A stretch of 64,000 nt of DNA from Clostridia bacterium (GTDB taxonomy: Bacteria; CBDUZB01; JAGLHV01), in contig DAOVVV010000008.1 in NCBI GenBank assembly GCA_030637025.1, positions 5,802 to 69,801 of the forward strand. Direction: 5' to 3'. The first letter of the stretch is position 1. Every line of letters begins with the position of its first letter. Made by a program: the position numbers and the translations under genes. The notes under the pieces were generated by a model that did no database searches, was not told the origin of the DNA, and worked only from the letters and a program-made list of their open reading frames with translations. This document shows positions 19,591 through 28,992 of the stretch, in pieces.

Positions 19591-19610
19591 AGCCACAAAA
19601 AGAAATTAAA

Positions 19611-20627
19611 ATGAATGACAAAAATATTAATGATTGGGAAAATTTAAAAGATGAGGAATTACTGGATTTTCGACTTTGTGATTTTCATTTAAATATTAAG
19701 GGAACAGAGCTGGAAATTTATGTACAACAACTTTATCGGGAACTTACCCAAAAAAATATCATTTTTCATCCTGCCTGTTATTTAGCAGATGAATGGCTCT
19801 GTCCTGACCTGGAGCCGGTAATTGGAATTCCTTTCTATCTGGCTCATCCCCGTTTAAAAAAAATAGAACATAAAATAATGCTGGATGTAGAGGGGGAAAC
19901 AAAATCTTCCTGTATGCGCCTTTTAAGGCACGAAGCCGGACATACTATCAACTATGCTTATCGTTTATACCGAAGAAAACGATGGAAAGAATTATTTGGT
20001 TTGTTTTCTAAAGACTATCCGGAAAAATACCGCTTTCGGCCTTATAGCAAAGGTTATGTGCGACATTTAGAAGACTGGTATGCTCAGTATCATCCTGATG
20101 AGGATTTTGCTGAAACCTTTGCTGTATGGCTGACTCCTAAAAGTAAATGGAGAGAGGAATATCTCGGATGGAAAGCCCTGGAAAAACTGGAATATGTTGA
20201 TCATTTAATGAAAGAAATCAGCAATAAACAGCCCTTAATAAAAACAGGTAAAAAATTATGGCAGGTTTCCCGGCTGACATTAAAATTAAAAACTTATTAT
20301 CGACGAAAAAGGAAACTTTACGAAGAAGAATACCCGGATTTTCATGATTCCAATCTTAAAGAAATATTTTGTCCTACCGTAACTGCCGGAAAAGCATCAT
20401 CATTTTTAAAACATCATCAAAAACAAATCTTAGATAATGTTTCTATGTGGACCGGAGAAAAAAAATATATAATCAATCGTATTATAAAAGATTTAATTAA
20501 ACGTTGTAATGAATTAAATTTATATACCGGAAATAACGAATGTAATACAGTTTCTAAAGTAACGGCTTACATAACAACATTAATTATGAATTATCTTTAT
20601 ACCGGAGGATTTAAAAAAAGACGATGA
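19611..20627 (+). CDS. putative zinc metallopeptidase-like protein (HEAGH ... E zincin motif), function unknown
   Basis: HEAGHTINYAY with a downstream DEDFAETFAVW. Forms an operon with the following ATP-grasp gene (4-nt overlap). Confidence 0.5.
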   Translation: MNDKNINDWENLKDEELLDFRLCDFHLNIKGTELEIYVQQLYRELTQKNIIFHPACYLADEWLCPDLEPVIGIPFYLAHPRLKKIEHKIMLDVEGETKSSCMRLLRHEAGHTINYAYRLYRRKRWKELFGLFSKDYPEKYRFRPYSKGYVRHLEDWYAQYHPDEDFAETFAVWLTPKSKWREEYLGWKALEKLEYVDHLMKEISNKQPLIKTGKKLWQVSRLTLKLKTYYRRKRKLYEEEYPDFHDSNLKEIFCPTVTAGKASSFLKHHQKQILDNVSMWTGEKKYIINRIIKDLIKRCNELNLYTGNNECNTVSKVTAYITTLIMNYLYTGGFKKRR

Positions 20628-21640
20628 GAAAAAAATTAAAAATTTTAGTTTTATTTGATAGTGCCGGTTCTCCGCCACCGGACCAGAATTTCAAGGAAGC
20701 GTTAAAAACGGAAGGATGGGAAACAGAAGCAGAAGTTATTAATACTCTAAAAAAATTAAGCTATGAAGTAAGGATATTAGGAATTTATGATGATGTAAGT
20801 TTAATTATCAAAGAAGTTGAAGAGCATAAACCAGATGTAGTTTTTAATCTGGCTGAAGTTTTTTTAGGTAAAGCTCGTTTTGACAAAAATGTCCCTTCTA
20901 TTCTGGAAATGTTACCAATACCTTATACCGGTTCAGGCCCGGTAGGTATGATGTTATGTAACAACAAAGCAATTAGTAAAAAAATACTAACTTTTCACCG
21001 GATTAAAGTACCCGGTTTTTATGTGTTTCAGAGAGGAAAACGCATATGGCAACCTAAAAAATTACGCTTTCCTCTTATCGTTAAACCTTTACGAGAAGAA
21101 GCTTCTACAGGCATTGTTCAGGCTTCTTTTGTAGAAAATGAAAAGGAACTTTGTGATAGAGTCGGATTTACTCACGAACAACTTAAAATGGATGCTATTG
21201 CCGAAGAATATATTGAAGGCCGTGAATTGTATGTAAGTATTCTGGGCAGTAAAAAATTAATGGTTTTTCCTTTGCGTGAGATAAAATTTACTCAAGTAAA
21301 TGATAATGAACATAAAATAGCTACTTATAAAGCAAAATGGGATGAAGAATATCGAAAAAAATGGGGCATTAAAAATGAATTTGCCGGGCGTCTTCCTGCG
21401 GATATCCCGGAAAAAATAGAGGAAATTTGTAAAAAAGCCTACCGGGTTTTACAACTCCAGGGATATGCCAGATTTGATATAAAACTGACTCCGGAAAATG
21501 AAATTTTTATTCTGGAAGCAAATGCCAATCCTTCACTGGCCCCGGATGATGAATTTGCCTTATCTGCGGAAAAGGCAGGTATTTCTTATACGCAGTTAAT
21601 CCGGAAAATATTGTATTTTGCTTTCAAACGGAACAGATAA
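20624..21640 (+). CDS. ATP-grasp family ligase (D-alanine--D-alanine ligase-like)
   Basis: Ddl-like N-domain. The ATP-grasp motifs EEYIEGRELYVSILG and FDIKLTPENEIFILEANANP are present. Confidence 0.7.
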   Translation: MRKKLKILVLFDSAGSPPPDQNFKEALKTEGWETEAEVINTLKKLSYEVRILGIYDDVSLIIKEVEEHKPDVVFNLAEVFLGKARFDKNVPSILEMLPIPYTGSGPVGMMLCNNKAISKKILTFHRIKVPGFYVFQRGKRIWQPKKLRFPLIVKPLREEASTGIVQASFVENEKELCDRVGFTHEQLKMDAIAEEYIEGRELYVSILGSKKLMVFPLREIKFTQVNDNEHKIATYKAKWDEEYRKKWGIKNEFAGRLPADIPEKIEEICKKAYRVLQLQGYARFDIKLTPENEIFILEANANPSLAPDDEFALSAEKAGISYTQLIRKILYFAFKRNR

Positions 21641-21760
21641 AAGATAAAGACGGTGCATTGGTTATATTGGTTTCTATTGGTTAGATTGGTTGAAAGATAA
21701 AAGAGAAAAGACAGGCATCCGCCTTAAAGATTGGCGGACTTCCGTTTTGCTTCAGCAGTC

Positions 21761-22135
21761 GATAGTCCATAGACAACAAACAACAGAAAGTTATAAGTTA
21801 ATAGTTATGAGTTATAAGTTAAAAGAAAATTGAAAGACAAGAATAAAAAACAGGCACAAAGGCATCAAGGCACAGAGGCACAAAGTAAAAGACAAGACAA
21901 CAGATAGTCCATAGACAACAAACAACAGAAAGTTATAAGTTACTAGTTATGAGTTATAAGTTAAAAAAAAATTGAAAGACAAGAATAAAAGACAGGCACA
22001 AAGGCATCAAGGCACAGAGGCACAAAGTAAAAGACAAGACAACAGATAAAAGATAAAAGAAAGTTATTAGTTAATAGTTATGAGTTATAAGTTAAAGAAA
22101 TAAAAAACAAAGACAAAGACAAAAGAAAAAAGACG
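21761..22135. repeat. tandem array: two full 142-bp units (21761-21902, 21903-22044), a degenerate third, and a degenerate unit upstream
   Basis: Units are more than 95% identical. Each contains an 8-bp-periodic AGGCACAA x4 sub-repeat and a gttataagtta sub-repeat. The + strand is strongly T-depleted. Confidence 0.8.
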
Positions 22136-22145
22136 GGAGAATATA

Positions 22146-22481
22146 ATGTTTTGTCCAGAGTGTCGAGCTGAATTCATAGAGGGAATAACCGTTTGCAGTG
22201 ATTGTGGAATTACCTTAGTCGAAGAATTATCTCCCCAGCCAAAACCGGAATATCATAAATTAGTGAAAGTTTTTTCCACCGGAAAAAGTATCGAAGCGGG
22301 ATTTGTTAAATCATTGTTAGAGGCAAATGAGATTAATTGTTTCATTAAAAATATGCATTATCCTTCGCTTATACCTGTAGGAATTGCAGCTGTTCCGATA
22401 AAAATAATGGTAGAAGAAAAAGACAAAGTTAATGCGGAAGAAATTATTAATCAATATTATAAAGATTTGAAAAACGAGTAA
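22146..22481 (+). CDS. zinc-ribbon (CPEC...CSDC) protein with C-terminal DUF2007-like domain
   Basis: N-terminal CxxC-x11-CxxC. The C-terminal LVKVFSTGKSIEAGFVKSLLEANEINCFIKN resembles the DUF2007 pattern. Confidence 0.5.
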   Translation: MFCPECRAEFIEGITVCSDCGITLVEELSPQPKPEYHKLVKVFSTGKSIEAGFVKSLLEANEINCFIKNMHYPSLIPVGIAAVPIKIMVEEKDKVNAEEIINQYYKDLKNE

Positions 22482-22583
22482 GAATATTTTTGGGAAATAA
22501 TAATTTTTATAATTTTATTGGTTTTTATAAATAGGGTATATAATTTAATAATATAAGACTTGTATAGATATAGTGGGAATAAA

Positions 22584-23945
22584 ATGAACAATAATAATTT
22601 GCGTGATAAAAATAATAATTTCCATTTAATTAATGGAAATATTCATAAAAGCGTACTTTCCATAGCTTTGCCTTTGATAGTTGTGAATACCTTTAATATT
22701 GCCCTGGAACTTATTGATGCCTTTTTTGTGGGGCGTTTAGGTGCGGAAGCACTGGCGGCTATTGCCCTGGCCAGTGTGATAATGTTTTTTTTAGCCACTT
22801 TTGGAATAGGTTTAGGAATAGGGACAATAGCTTTGGTATCTGCTGCCTTTGGAGAAGGAGACTTTGAAAAGGGAGATAAGATTGCCCTGCAATCTTTATA
22901 TTTAGGGATAGTCGTTTCGCTTGTTTTAGGAGCACTTGGTTTCTTCTTTTCGCCATGGTTGCTAAATTTTCTGGGAGCAAAGGGGAATGTTCTCATAATC
23001 GGGAGCAAATATCTTAAAATTTTATTTACGGGAATATTGGCAATGTTTTTTATGTTTTTGGGTAACGCTGTTTTTCAGGGAGCAGGGGATACTAAAATCC
23101 CGATGAAAATCGGAGCGATAACAGTCATAATAAATATTATACTTGATCCGTTAATGATATTTGGGTTGTTAGGTTTTCCGCGACTGGGAATTTCCGGAGC
23201 AGCATGGGCTACAGTTATAGCACGTACTATAGGTGGTATAATAATGCTAAGTATTTTTTTTAGAGGGAAACATTTGGTACAAATAAAATTAGATGATTTA
23301 GGTTTGAATTTTAAAATAATTAAGAAAATATTATTGATTGGTTTTCCCGGTTCTATTCAAATGTTACTGAGAAGCTTTTCAGCCGTGGTACTAATTAAAA
23401 TAGTTGCTGTGTTTGGCACTACCGTAATAGCTGCTTACGGAATAGGGGGGAGAATATTTCATTTTTTTCTTTTGCCCGGGTTTTGTTTTGGCGGGGCAGC
23501 AGCGACTTTAGTGGGACAAAATTTAGGGGCAAAAAATCCTCACCGAGCTTACAAAAGTGCTTTGTTATCTTCTTATTATTACCTTGTATTTTTATTAATA
23601 AGCGGCACAATTGTTTTTATTTTCTCTTCTCCCATCGCTGCTCTTTTTAATCCGGATAAAGAATTTGTAAAGGTTTGTTCCTTATTTCTTAAATATCTGT
23701 CGGTTGGCTCTGTTTTTCTTAGTTCCGGGGTAGTATTTTCCCGGGCATTACAAGGAGCAGGAGATACAATTTCTCCGATGTTAATGACCGGACTTTCTTT
23801 GTATATATTTCAAATACCCCTTGCTTATTTTTTGTCTACGCATTTAAGATTTAACGAAAGAGGCATCTGGATGGCCGGTCTGATAGGAAGTCTTATCCAT
23901 GGATTATTAATGGCCGTTATTTTTTTAAATGGTAAATGGAAATAG
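22584..23945 (+). CDS. MATE family efflux transporter
   Basis: 12 predicted TM segments in duplicated halves. The ORF-track start at 22560 is a TTG; ATG 22584 is more likely. Confidence 0.8.
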   Translation: MNNNNLRDKNNNFHLINGNIHKSVLSIALPLIVVNTFNIALELIDAFFVGRLGAEALAAIALASVIMFFLATFGIGLGIGTIALVSAAFGEGDFEKGDKIALQSLYLGIVVSLVLGALGFFFSPWLLNFLGAKGNVLIIGSKYLKILFTGILAMFFMFLGNAVFQGAGDTKIPMKIGAITVIINIILDPLMIFGLLGFPRLGISGAAWATVIARTIGGIIMLSIFFRGKHLVQIKLDDLGLNFKIIKKILLIGFPGSIQMLLRSFSAVVLIKIVAVFGTTVIAAYGIGGRIFHFFLLPGFCFGGAAATLVGQNLGAKNPHRAYKSALLSSYYYLVFLLISGTIVFIFSSPIAALFNPDKEFVKVCSLFLKYLSVGSVFLSSGVVFSRALQGAGDTISPMLMTGLSLYIFQIPLAYFLSTHLRFNERGIWMAGLIGSLIHGLLMAVIFLNGKWK

Positions 23946-24007
23946 CGAAAGGTTGGAGTGAAAATAAATTAAATTATAATATAATTTAATTTTAAAAAAA
24001 ACATAAA

Positions 24008-25279
24008 ATGTTTAAAAAATTCTACGATGTAATTGTAATTGGCGGCGGTGCTTCAGGAATGTTTGCTGCCGGATGTGCAGCAGCTAAGGGTGCTGATACT
24101 CTCTTGTTAGAAAAAACTAATCAATTAGGTAAAAAATTAAGCATTACCGGAAAAGGCAGATGTAATCTTACTAATATTGGCGAGGTAAATGATTTTATTG
24201 AAAGTTATGGAAAAAACGGCAAATTTTTATACCGGTCTTTTAAAAACTTTTTCAACCAGTCTTTAATTGCCTTTTTTAATAGTTATGGTATTGAAACGAA
24301 AGTAGAAAGAGGAGGAAGGATTTTTCCGGTTAGTGATAATTCTGAAAGCATTGTAAATGCTTTAAGAAATTATCTTAAAGAAAACAAAGTGACTTTAGGT
24401 TTAAATCTACAAGTTAAAGAAATTGTACTTGGCGACAATAAAACAGATAGAAATAATAAAGTCATAGGAATAAAACTAAGTGAAAGAAAAGAAATTATAA
24501 AAACAGATAAAGTTATTCTGGCTACCGGCGGACTTTCTTATCCTAAGACAGGGGCTACCGGAGATGGGTACCGAATGGCAAAGAAATTAGGGCACAGTAT
24601 TGTTTCTCTTACGCCGGCACTGGTGCCTTTAGAAACTAAAGAAGATTTTGTTAAAGACTTACAGGGATTAGCCTTAAAAAATGTCAGTGTTACTGTTTTT
24701 ACTAACGGCAGGAAGATTGGTGAAGACTTTGGTGAAATGTTATTTACTCATTTTGGTCTTTCAGGTCCGATTATATTAAAAATGAGTAGTTTAGTCATTG
24801 AACATTTAAACAAAAACCAAGAAGTAAGTATTGTAATTAATTTTAAACCCGCATTAGATGAAAAGAAGCTTGCAGACCGATTATTACGTGAAACTAAAAA
24901 TTTTGGTCTTAAATCAGTCAATAATGTAATGAAAAATTTCCTTCCCCGAAAACTTGTTCCTGTCTTCCTGAAATTAGCTAATATAAATACTGATAAAAAA
25001 TTCAAACAAATCACTCATCAGGAAAAAGAAAAAATAATCAATCTTTTAACTAATTTTAGTTTAAAAATAACTAAATCCAGACCAATTGATGAAGCTATTA
25101 TTACCAAAGGAGGGATTTCTTTAAAAGAAATCAATCCTTACACTATGGAATCGAAAAAAATTAAAGGGCTATATTTTTGTGGAGAAATAATTGACCTTGA
25201 CGGTAAAACCGGAGGATATAATCTGCAGTTAGCCTTTTCTACCGCACACCTTGCCGCACAATCAGCATTCAACCCTTGA
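24008..25279 (+). CDS. HI0933/YhiN-family FAD-dependent oxidoreductase
   Basis: N-terminal DVIVIGGGASGMFAA Rossmann motif. Its length and C-terminal GGYNLQLAFSTA are typical of the family. Confidence 0.8.
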   Translation: MFKKFYDVIVIGGGASGMFAAGCAAAKGADTLLLEKTNQLGKKLSITGKGRCNLTNIGEVNDFIESYGKNGKFLYRSFKNFFNQSLIAFFNSYGIETKVERGGRIFPVSDNSESIVNALRNYLKENKVTLGLNLQVKEIVLGDNKTDRNNKVIGIKLSERKEIIKTDKVILATGGLSYPKTGATGDGYRMAKKLGHSIVSLTPALVPLETKEDFVKDLQGLALKNVSVTVFTNGRKIGEDFGEMLFTHFGLSGPIILKMSSLVIEHLNKNQEVSIVINFKPALDEKKLADRLLRETKNFGLKSVNNVMKNFLPRKLVPVFLKLANINTDKKFKQITHQEKEKIINLLTNFSLKITKSRPIDEAIITKGGISLKEINPYTMESKKIKGLYFCGEIIDLDGKTGGYNLQLAFSTAHLAAQSAFNP

Positions 25280-25454
25280 CATAAGATAAAGTAGAAATAT
25301 ATAATATTACACAGAATAAAAATATTATCTAAAAAAAAGAAGATATTTTCTCGATTTAAAAAAAAACACGACTAAACTCCTTTCCTTTATAAGTATCGGG
25401 AAGTAATAAAAATAGATAAGGATTTTAAAAGATTCGACTTTGAGGGTTTTAAAA

Positions 25455-26591
25455 ATGGCCTGGATTCAAAAAACTTTAGATATAAACGAAAAACTTTCAG
25501 TTTTATCACATGATTCACAATACGATCTGGCATGTTCCTGCAGTATAAATGATGATGATCGCCGGCATCGCTCAAAAGAGGACAAGTGGATATATCCGGT
25601 TACTTTTCCTAATGGCGGCCGGTCTTTTTTGTTTAAGACTTTAATTTCTAATGTATGTGTTAATGATTGTAAATATTGTCCTTTGCGTGAAGGACAGAAT
25701 ACCAGAAGATGTACACTGCAGGCATATGAACTGGTAAAAGCCTTTCTTCAGTATTATCAAAAAGGTAAAGTGATGGGGCTTTTTTTAAGTAGTGGCGTAA
25801 TGGGTAATCCCGATAAAACAATGGAGCAAATAAATAAAATTGCTCTTATTTTAAGAAAAAAACATTTTAAAGGATACATTCATCTAAAAGTTATTCCCGG
25901 TGCTTCTAATGCAGCGATAGAGGAAACTGTTTCTTTAGCCAGTGCAGTTTCAATAAATATCGAAACTGCCGGCGAAAAGAATTTTAACCAACTTTCTAAC
26001 AGCAAAAACTATTTACAGGATATTATTAGGCCGCTTAAATTAATCAGCCGGCTTACCGGAAAAGGTTCTCGTTATAGTAGAGTAAAAAAAACGACGCAAT
26101 TTGTGGTTGGTGCATCTGAAGAAACTGACCAGGAAATTATTAAATATTCCTGGAACTTATACCGGCGATTGGGTTTAAACCGTATTTATTTTAGTGCTTA
26201 TCAACGGGGTTTAGGCGAACCTGATTTACCCGGGGAGATTTCCGGTCAAAGCAATAATGATATTTTAACTCGAGAGCATCGTTTATATCAGGCGGATTGG
26301 TTAATCAGAAAATATGGTTTTACGGAAAAAGAAATTCTTTTTCAAGCTGATGGTAATTTATCATTGACTCTGGACCCCAAGGAAACTTGGGCTAAGAATC
26401 ATCCGGAATTTTTTCCGGTTGATATTAATAAAGCAGATAAGTTAAAATTACTACGGGTCCCGGGTTTAGGATTGGTTACCGTTAATTATATACTTAAATA
26501 CAGGGAAAAGGGTGGATATATTCGTTATCTGGAAAACTTAGGAAAATTAGGAAAAAGACTGATCAAGGCAAAACAGTATTTAAAAATTTAG
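25455..26591 (+). CDS. radical SAM protein with C-terminal helix-hairpin-helix (putative DNA modification/repair radical SAM family)
   Basis: CVNDCKYC (CxxxCxxC) and a C-terminal LLRVPGLGLVTVNYIL HhH. No partner gene lies adjacent. Confidence 0.65.
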   Translation: MAWIQKTLDINEKLSVLSHDSQYDLACSCSINDDDRRHRSKEDKWIYPVTFPNGGRSFLFKTLISNVCVNDCKYCPLREGQNTRRCTLQAYELVKAFLQYYQKGKVMGLFLSSGVMGNPDKTMEQINKIALILRKKHFKGYIHLKVIPGASNAAIEETVSLASAVSINIETAGEKNFNQLSNSKNYLQDIIRPLKLISRLTGKGSRYSRVKKTTQFVVGASEETDQEIIKYSWNLYRRLGLNRIYFSAYQRGLGEPDLPGEISGQSNNDILTREHRLYQADWLIRKYGFTEKEILFQADGNLSLTLDPKETWAKNHPEFFPVDINKADKLKLLRVPGLGLVTVNYILKYREKGGYIRYLENLGKLGKRLIKAKQYLKI

Positions 26592-26595
26592 ATAG

Positions 26596-26735
26596 ACTTC
26601 TGCGGAATGACACATTCTGTCATTCCGCTCCGCCTCAGGCGGATGATGCGGAATCTATAATATTCTTAAATATCAATAAATTCCTGCTTCCGCAGGAATG
26701 ACAATAAAAGGAAAAAGGTTGTTTTGCAGAACTCT
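26596..26735 (+). mobile_element. MITE-like composite repeat copy (5' TIR agacttctgc, 3' gcagaactct)
   Basis: The 5' TIR is an exact reverse complement of the canonical 3' end. Its 3' end lies 30 nt before the 26766 ATG. Confidence 0.6.
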
Positions 26736-26765
26736 TAAAAATTCAGAAATAAAGGAGGGGGAATT

Positions 26766-27488
26766 ATGCGTACAGGCAATCCGGCTTTAAAATCTAATGT
26801 TTTTACTTCTGCTGCTTCTTTTGGTTCAGCAGAGGTGATGAGTATTCAGGGAACAGTAAACAAAACAATGTTTTTACTTTTACTTACCCTGGTTAGTGCT
26901 TCGTGGGTATGGAGCAATGCCGCCCAGTGGATGCCGTTTATGTTTCCGTTGGTTATTGGTGGGTTCATTGTAGCCTTAATAACAATTTTTAAAAAAGAAT
27001 GGGCAATGATAACTGCACCTGTTTATGCAGTAGTAGAGGGACTGTTTTTAGGGGTCATTTCAGCTTTTATGGAAAGGGCATATCCCGGTATTGTTATTCA
27101 GGCAGTAGCTTTAACTTTTGGTACATTATTTTGTTTGCTTATTGCTTATAAATCAAAGTTGATTAAAGTTACTGATAATTTTAGGCTTGGCGTGGTTTCG
27201 GCAACAGGAGCTATAGCGTTAATATATTTTGTTACGATTATTTTGGGTTTTTTTGGTATTCGAATGCCTTTTATCCATGAAAGCGGACTTATTGGCATAG
27301 GATTCAGTTTGTTTGTAGTGGTGATTGCTTCCCTTAATCTGGTGCTTGATTTTGACTTCATTGAAAAGGGAGCAGAATCAAATGCACCCAAATATATGGA
27401 ATGGTATGCAGCATTTGGATTAATGGTTACTCTTATCTGGCTTTATCTTGAAATGTTGAGGTTGTTAAGTAAAATGAGAAGGAGATAA
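26766..27488 (+). CDS. BI-1/YccA-like multi-pass membrane protein
   Basis: About seven hydrophobic segments. The size and N-terminal pattern fit the Bax-inhibitor/YccA family. Assignment tentative. Confidence 0.45.
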   Translation: MRTGNPALKSNVFTSAASFGSAEVMSIQGTVNKTMFLLLLTLVSASWVWSNAAQWMPFMFPLVIGGFIVALITIFKKEWAMITAPVYAVVEGLFLGVISAFMERAYPGIVIQAVALTFGTLFCLLIAYKSKLIKVTDNFRLGVVSATGAIALIYFVTIILGFFGIRMPFIHESGLIGIGFSLFVVVIASLNLVLDFDFIEKGAESNAPKYMEWYAAFGLMVTLIWLYLEMLRLLSKMRRR

Positions 27489-27533
27489 TCCTATTTAAGA
27501 TAATATTAAATCTAAAGAAAAGGGGTAATAACA

Positions 27534-27698
27534 GTGAAAACAAAAGTGTTGTTTATTCTTACAATTTTTTTTGCAATGGCAATTATCAGTGCTTGCAGCA
27601 GAAGTGATAAAACAACCGAAGAGATGCAAAAAAAAATGGAAGTAAGATGTGGTATCCGAAATGCACCGGATTTTATTCCTGCACCAGGTACGGAATAA
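27534..27698 (+). CDS. small predicted lipoprotein (54 aa, GTG start, lipobox IISAC)
   Basis: RBS aagggg, then a signal peptide with an LSAC-like lipobox. Not in the ORF track because it is under 60 aa. Confidence 0.3.
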   Translation: MKTKVLFILTIFFAMAIISACSRSDKTTEEMQKKMEVRCGIRNAPDFIPAPGTE

Positions 27699-27756
27699 TA
27701 TGATATAATATTAAATCAGTTTTTAATCTTATAAAAAGGAGAATTAAAATAACATA

Positions 27757-28836
27757 ATGGATTACCGGATTTTACACGTAAATACAGCAAATACCTGGAG
27801 GGGTGGAGAACAACAGGTAGTTTATCTGGTTGAAGGGTTACAATCAAGAGGACACAATAATTTTGTTGTCTGCCAACCAAAAAGTGTTCTGAGGGAAAAA
27901 TTATTTTCTTCGAAAACACCTGTTTTCCCCTTAGCAATGCACGGAGAGTGGGACTTAATTGCGGCTATTAAATTAGCCATGATTATAAAAAAAAATAATA
28001 TCCAAATTCTTCATCTGCATACTGCACATGCTCATACATTAGGATTGTTAGCGGCAAAATTTAATCCCGCTTGTAAGGTAATTGTATCCCGCCGGGTTGA
28101 TTTTCATATTCATTCCCGGTTCAAATATAAAAGGGGAATTAATAAAATAATTACCGTTAGTGAAAGAATCAGGCAGGTACTGATAGAAGATAAAATAGAC
28201 GCAGAAAAAATTGTTGCTGTACATAGCGGGGTTGATTTAGAAAGATTTAATGGAATAAAAAGCAACGGTTATATTTATAAAGAATTCAAACTTGATGGTA
28301 AAACCCCTATAGTAGGAATTGTGGCTGCTTTAGCTCCTCATAAAGATCATCAGAACTTTTTATATGCAGCCGGAAAGTTAAAAGAAAAATATCCTAGGGT
28401 AAAGTTTTTAATCGTAGGAGAAGGAGAATTAAAACAAGATTTAAAAATTTTAACCCGGCAGCTGGGACTGGAAAAAGAAGTAATTTTTACCGGCTTTAGA
28501 AAGGATTCTTTAGAAATTATATCAACCTTTGATGTTTTTGTTTTAAGTTCTTGTCTGGAAGGAATGGGTAGTGTTTTACTGGAAGCAATGGCTTTGGCTA
28601 AACCTATTGTTGCAACCAGAACCGGTGGCATTCCGGAAGTTGTTTTAAACGGAGTAACCGGTATTCTTGTTTCTCCGGGAGATTCCGGAGAATTAGCAAA
28701 TGGGATTATGCAATTGCTTGGAGATAATGCTTTAGCTAAAGAGATGGGTCTAAAGGGAAAGGAAAGAGTAAAAGAATTTAGTAAAGATAAAATGGTAGAA
28801 AAAACCGAAGGGATATATAAAAAAATAATGAGTTAA
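27757..28836 (+). CDS. GT4-family glycosyltransferase (GT-B, retaining)
   Basis: N-terminal HVNTANTWRGGEQQV and a C-terminal EGMGSVLLEAMALAKPIVATRTGGIPEVV EX7E-type motif. Confidence 0.8.
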   Translation: MDYRILHVNTANTWRGGEQQVVYLVEGLQSRGHNNFVVCQPKSVLREKLFSSKTPVFPLAMHGEWDLIAAIKLAMIIKKNNIQILHLHTAHAHTLGLLAAKFNPACKVIVSRRVDFHIHSRFKYKRGINKIITVSERIRQVLIEDKIDAEKIVAVHSGVDLERFNGIKSNGYIYKEFKLDGKTPIVGIVAALAPHKDHQNFLYAAGKLKEKYPRVKFLIVGEGELKQDLKILTRQLGLEKEVIFTGFRKDSLEIISTFDVFVLSSCLEGMGSVLLEAMALAKPIVATRTGGIPEVVLNGVTGILVSPGDSGELANGIMQLLGDNALAKEMGLKGKERVKEFSKDKMVEKTEGIYKKIMS

Positions 28837-28992
28837 GACAAAAACTTAATCTTTCTTCAATTGTCAAGAAAAAAAATGGCAATCTAAAAAAAACAAAGGG
28901 ATTATGACTTGTTTTATCCATTAAAAAATAGTAAAATAAATTGTATTAATTTAAAAATAAAAGCTTTTGATAAATTCTGGAAAGGGGAGATT

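Noticed and set aside
21761-22135. Possible CRISPR array (regularly spaced repeats)
   Set aside because: The period is 142 bp and whole units, including the would-be spacers, are near-identical. There are no short direct repeats alternating with unique spacers and no cas genes. It is a minisatellite-like tandem duplication.
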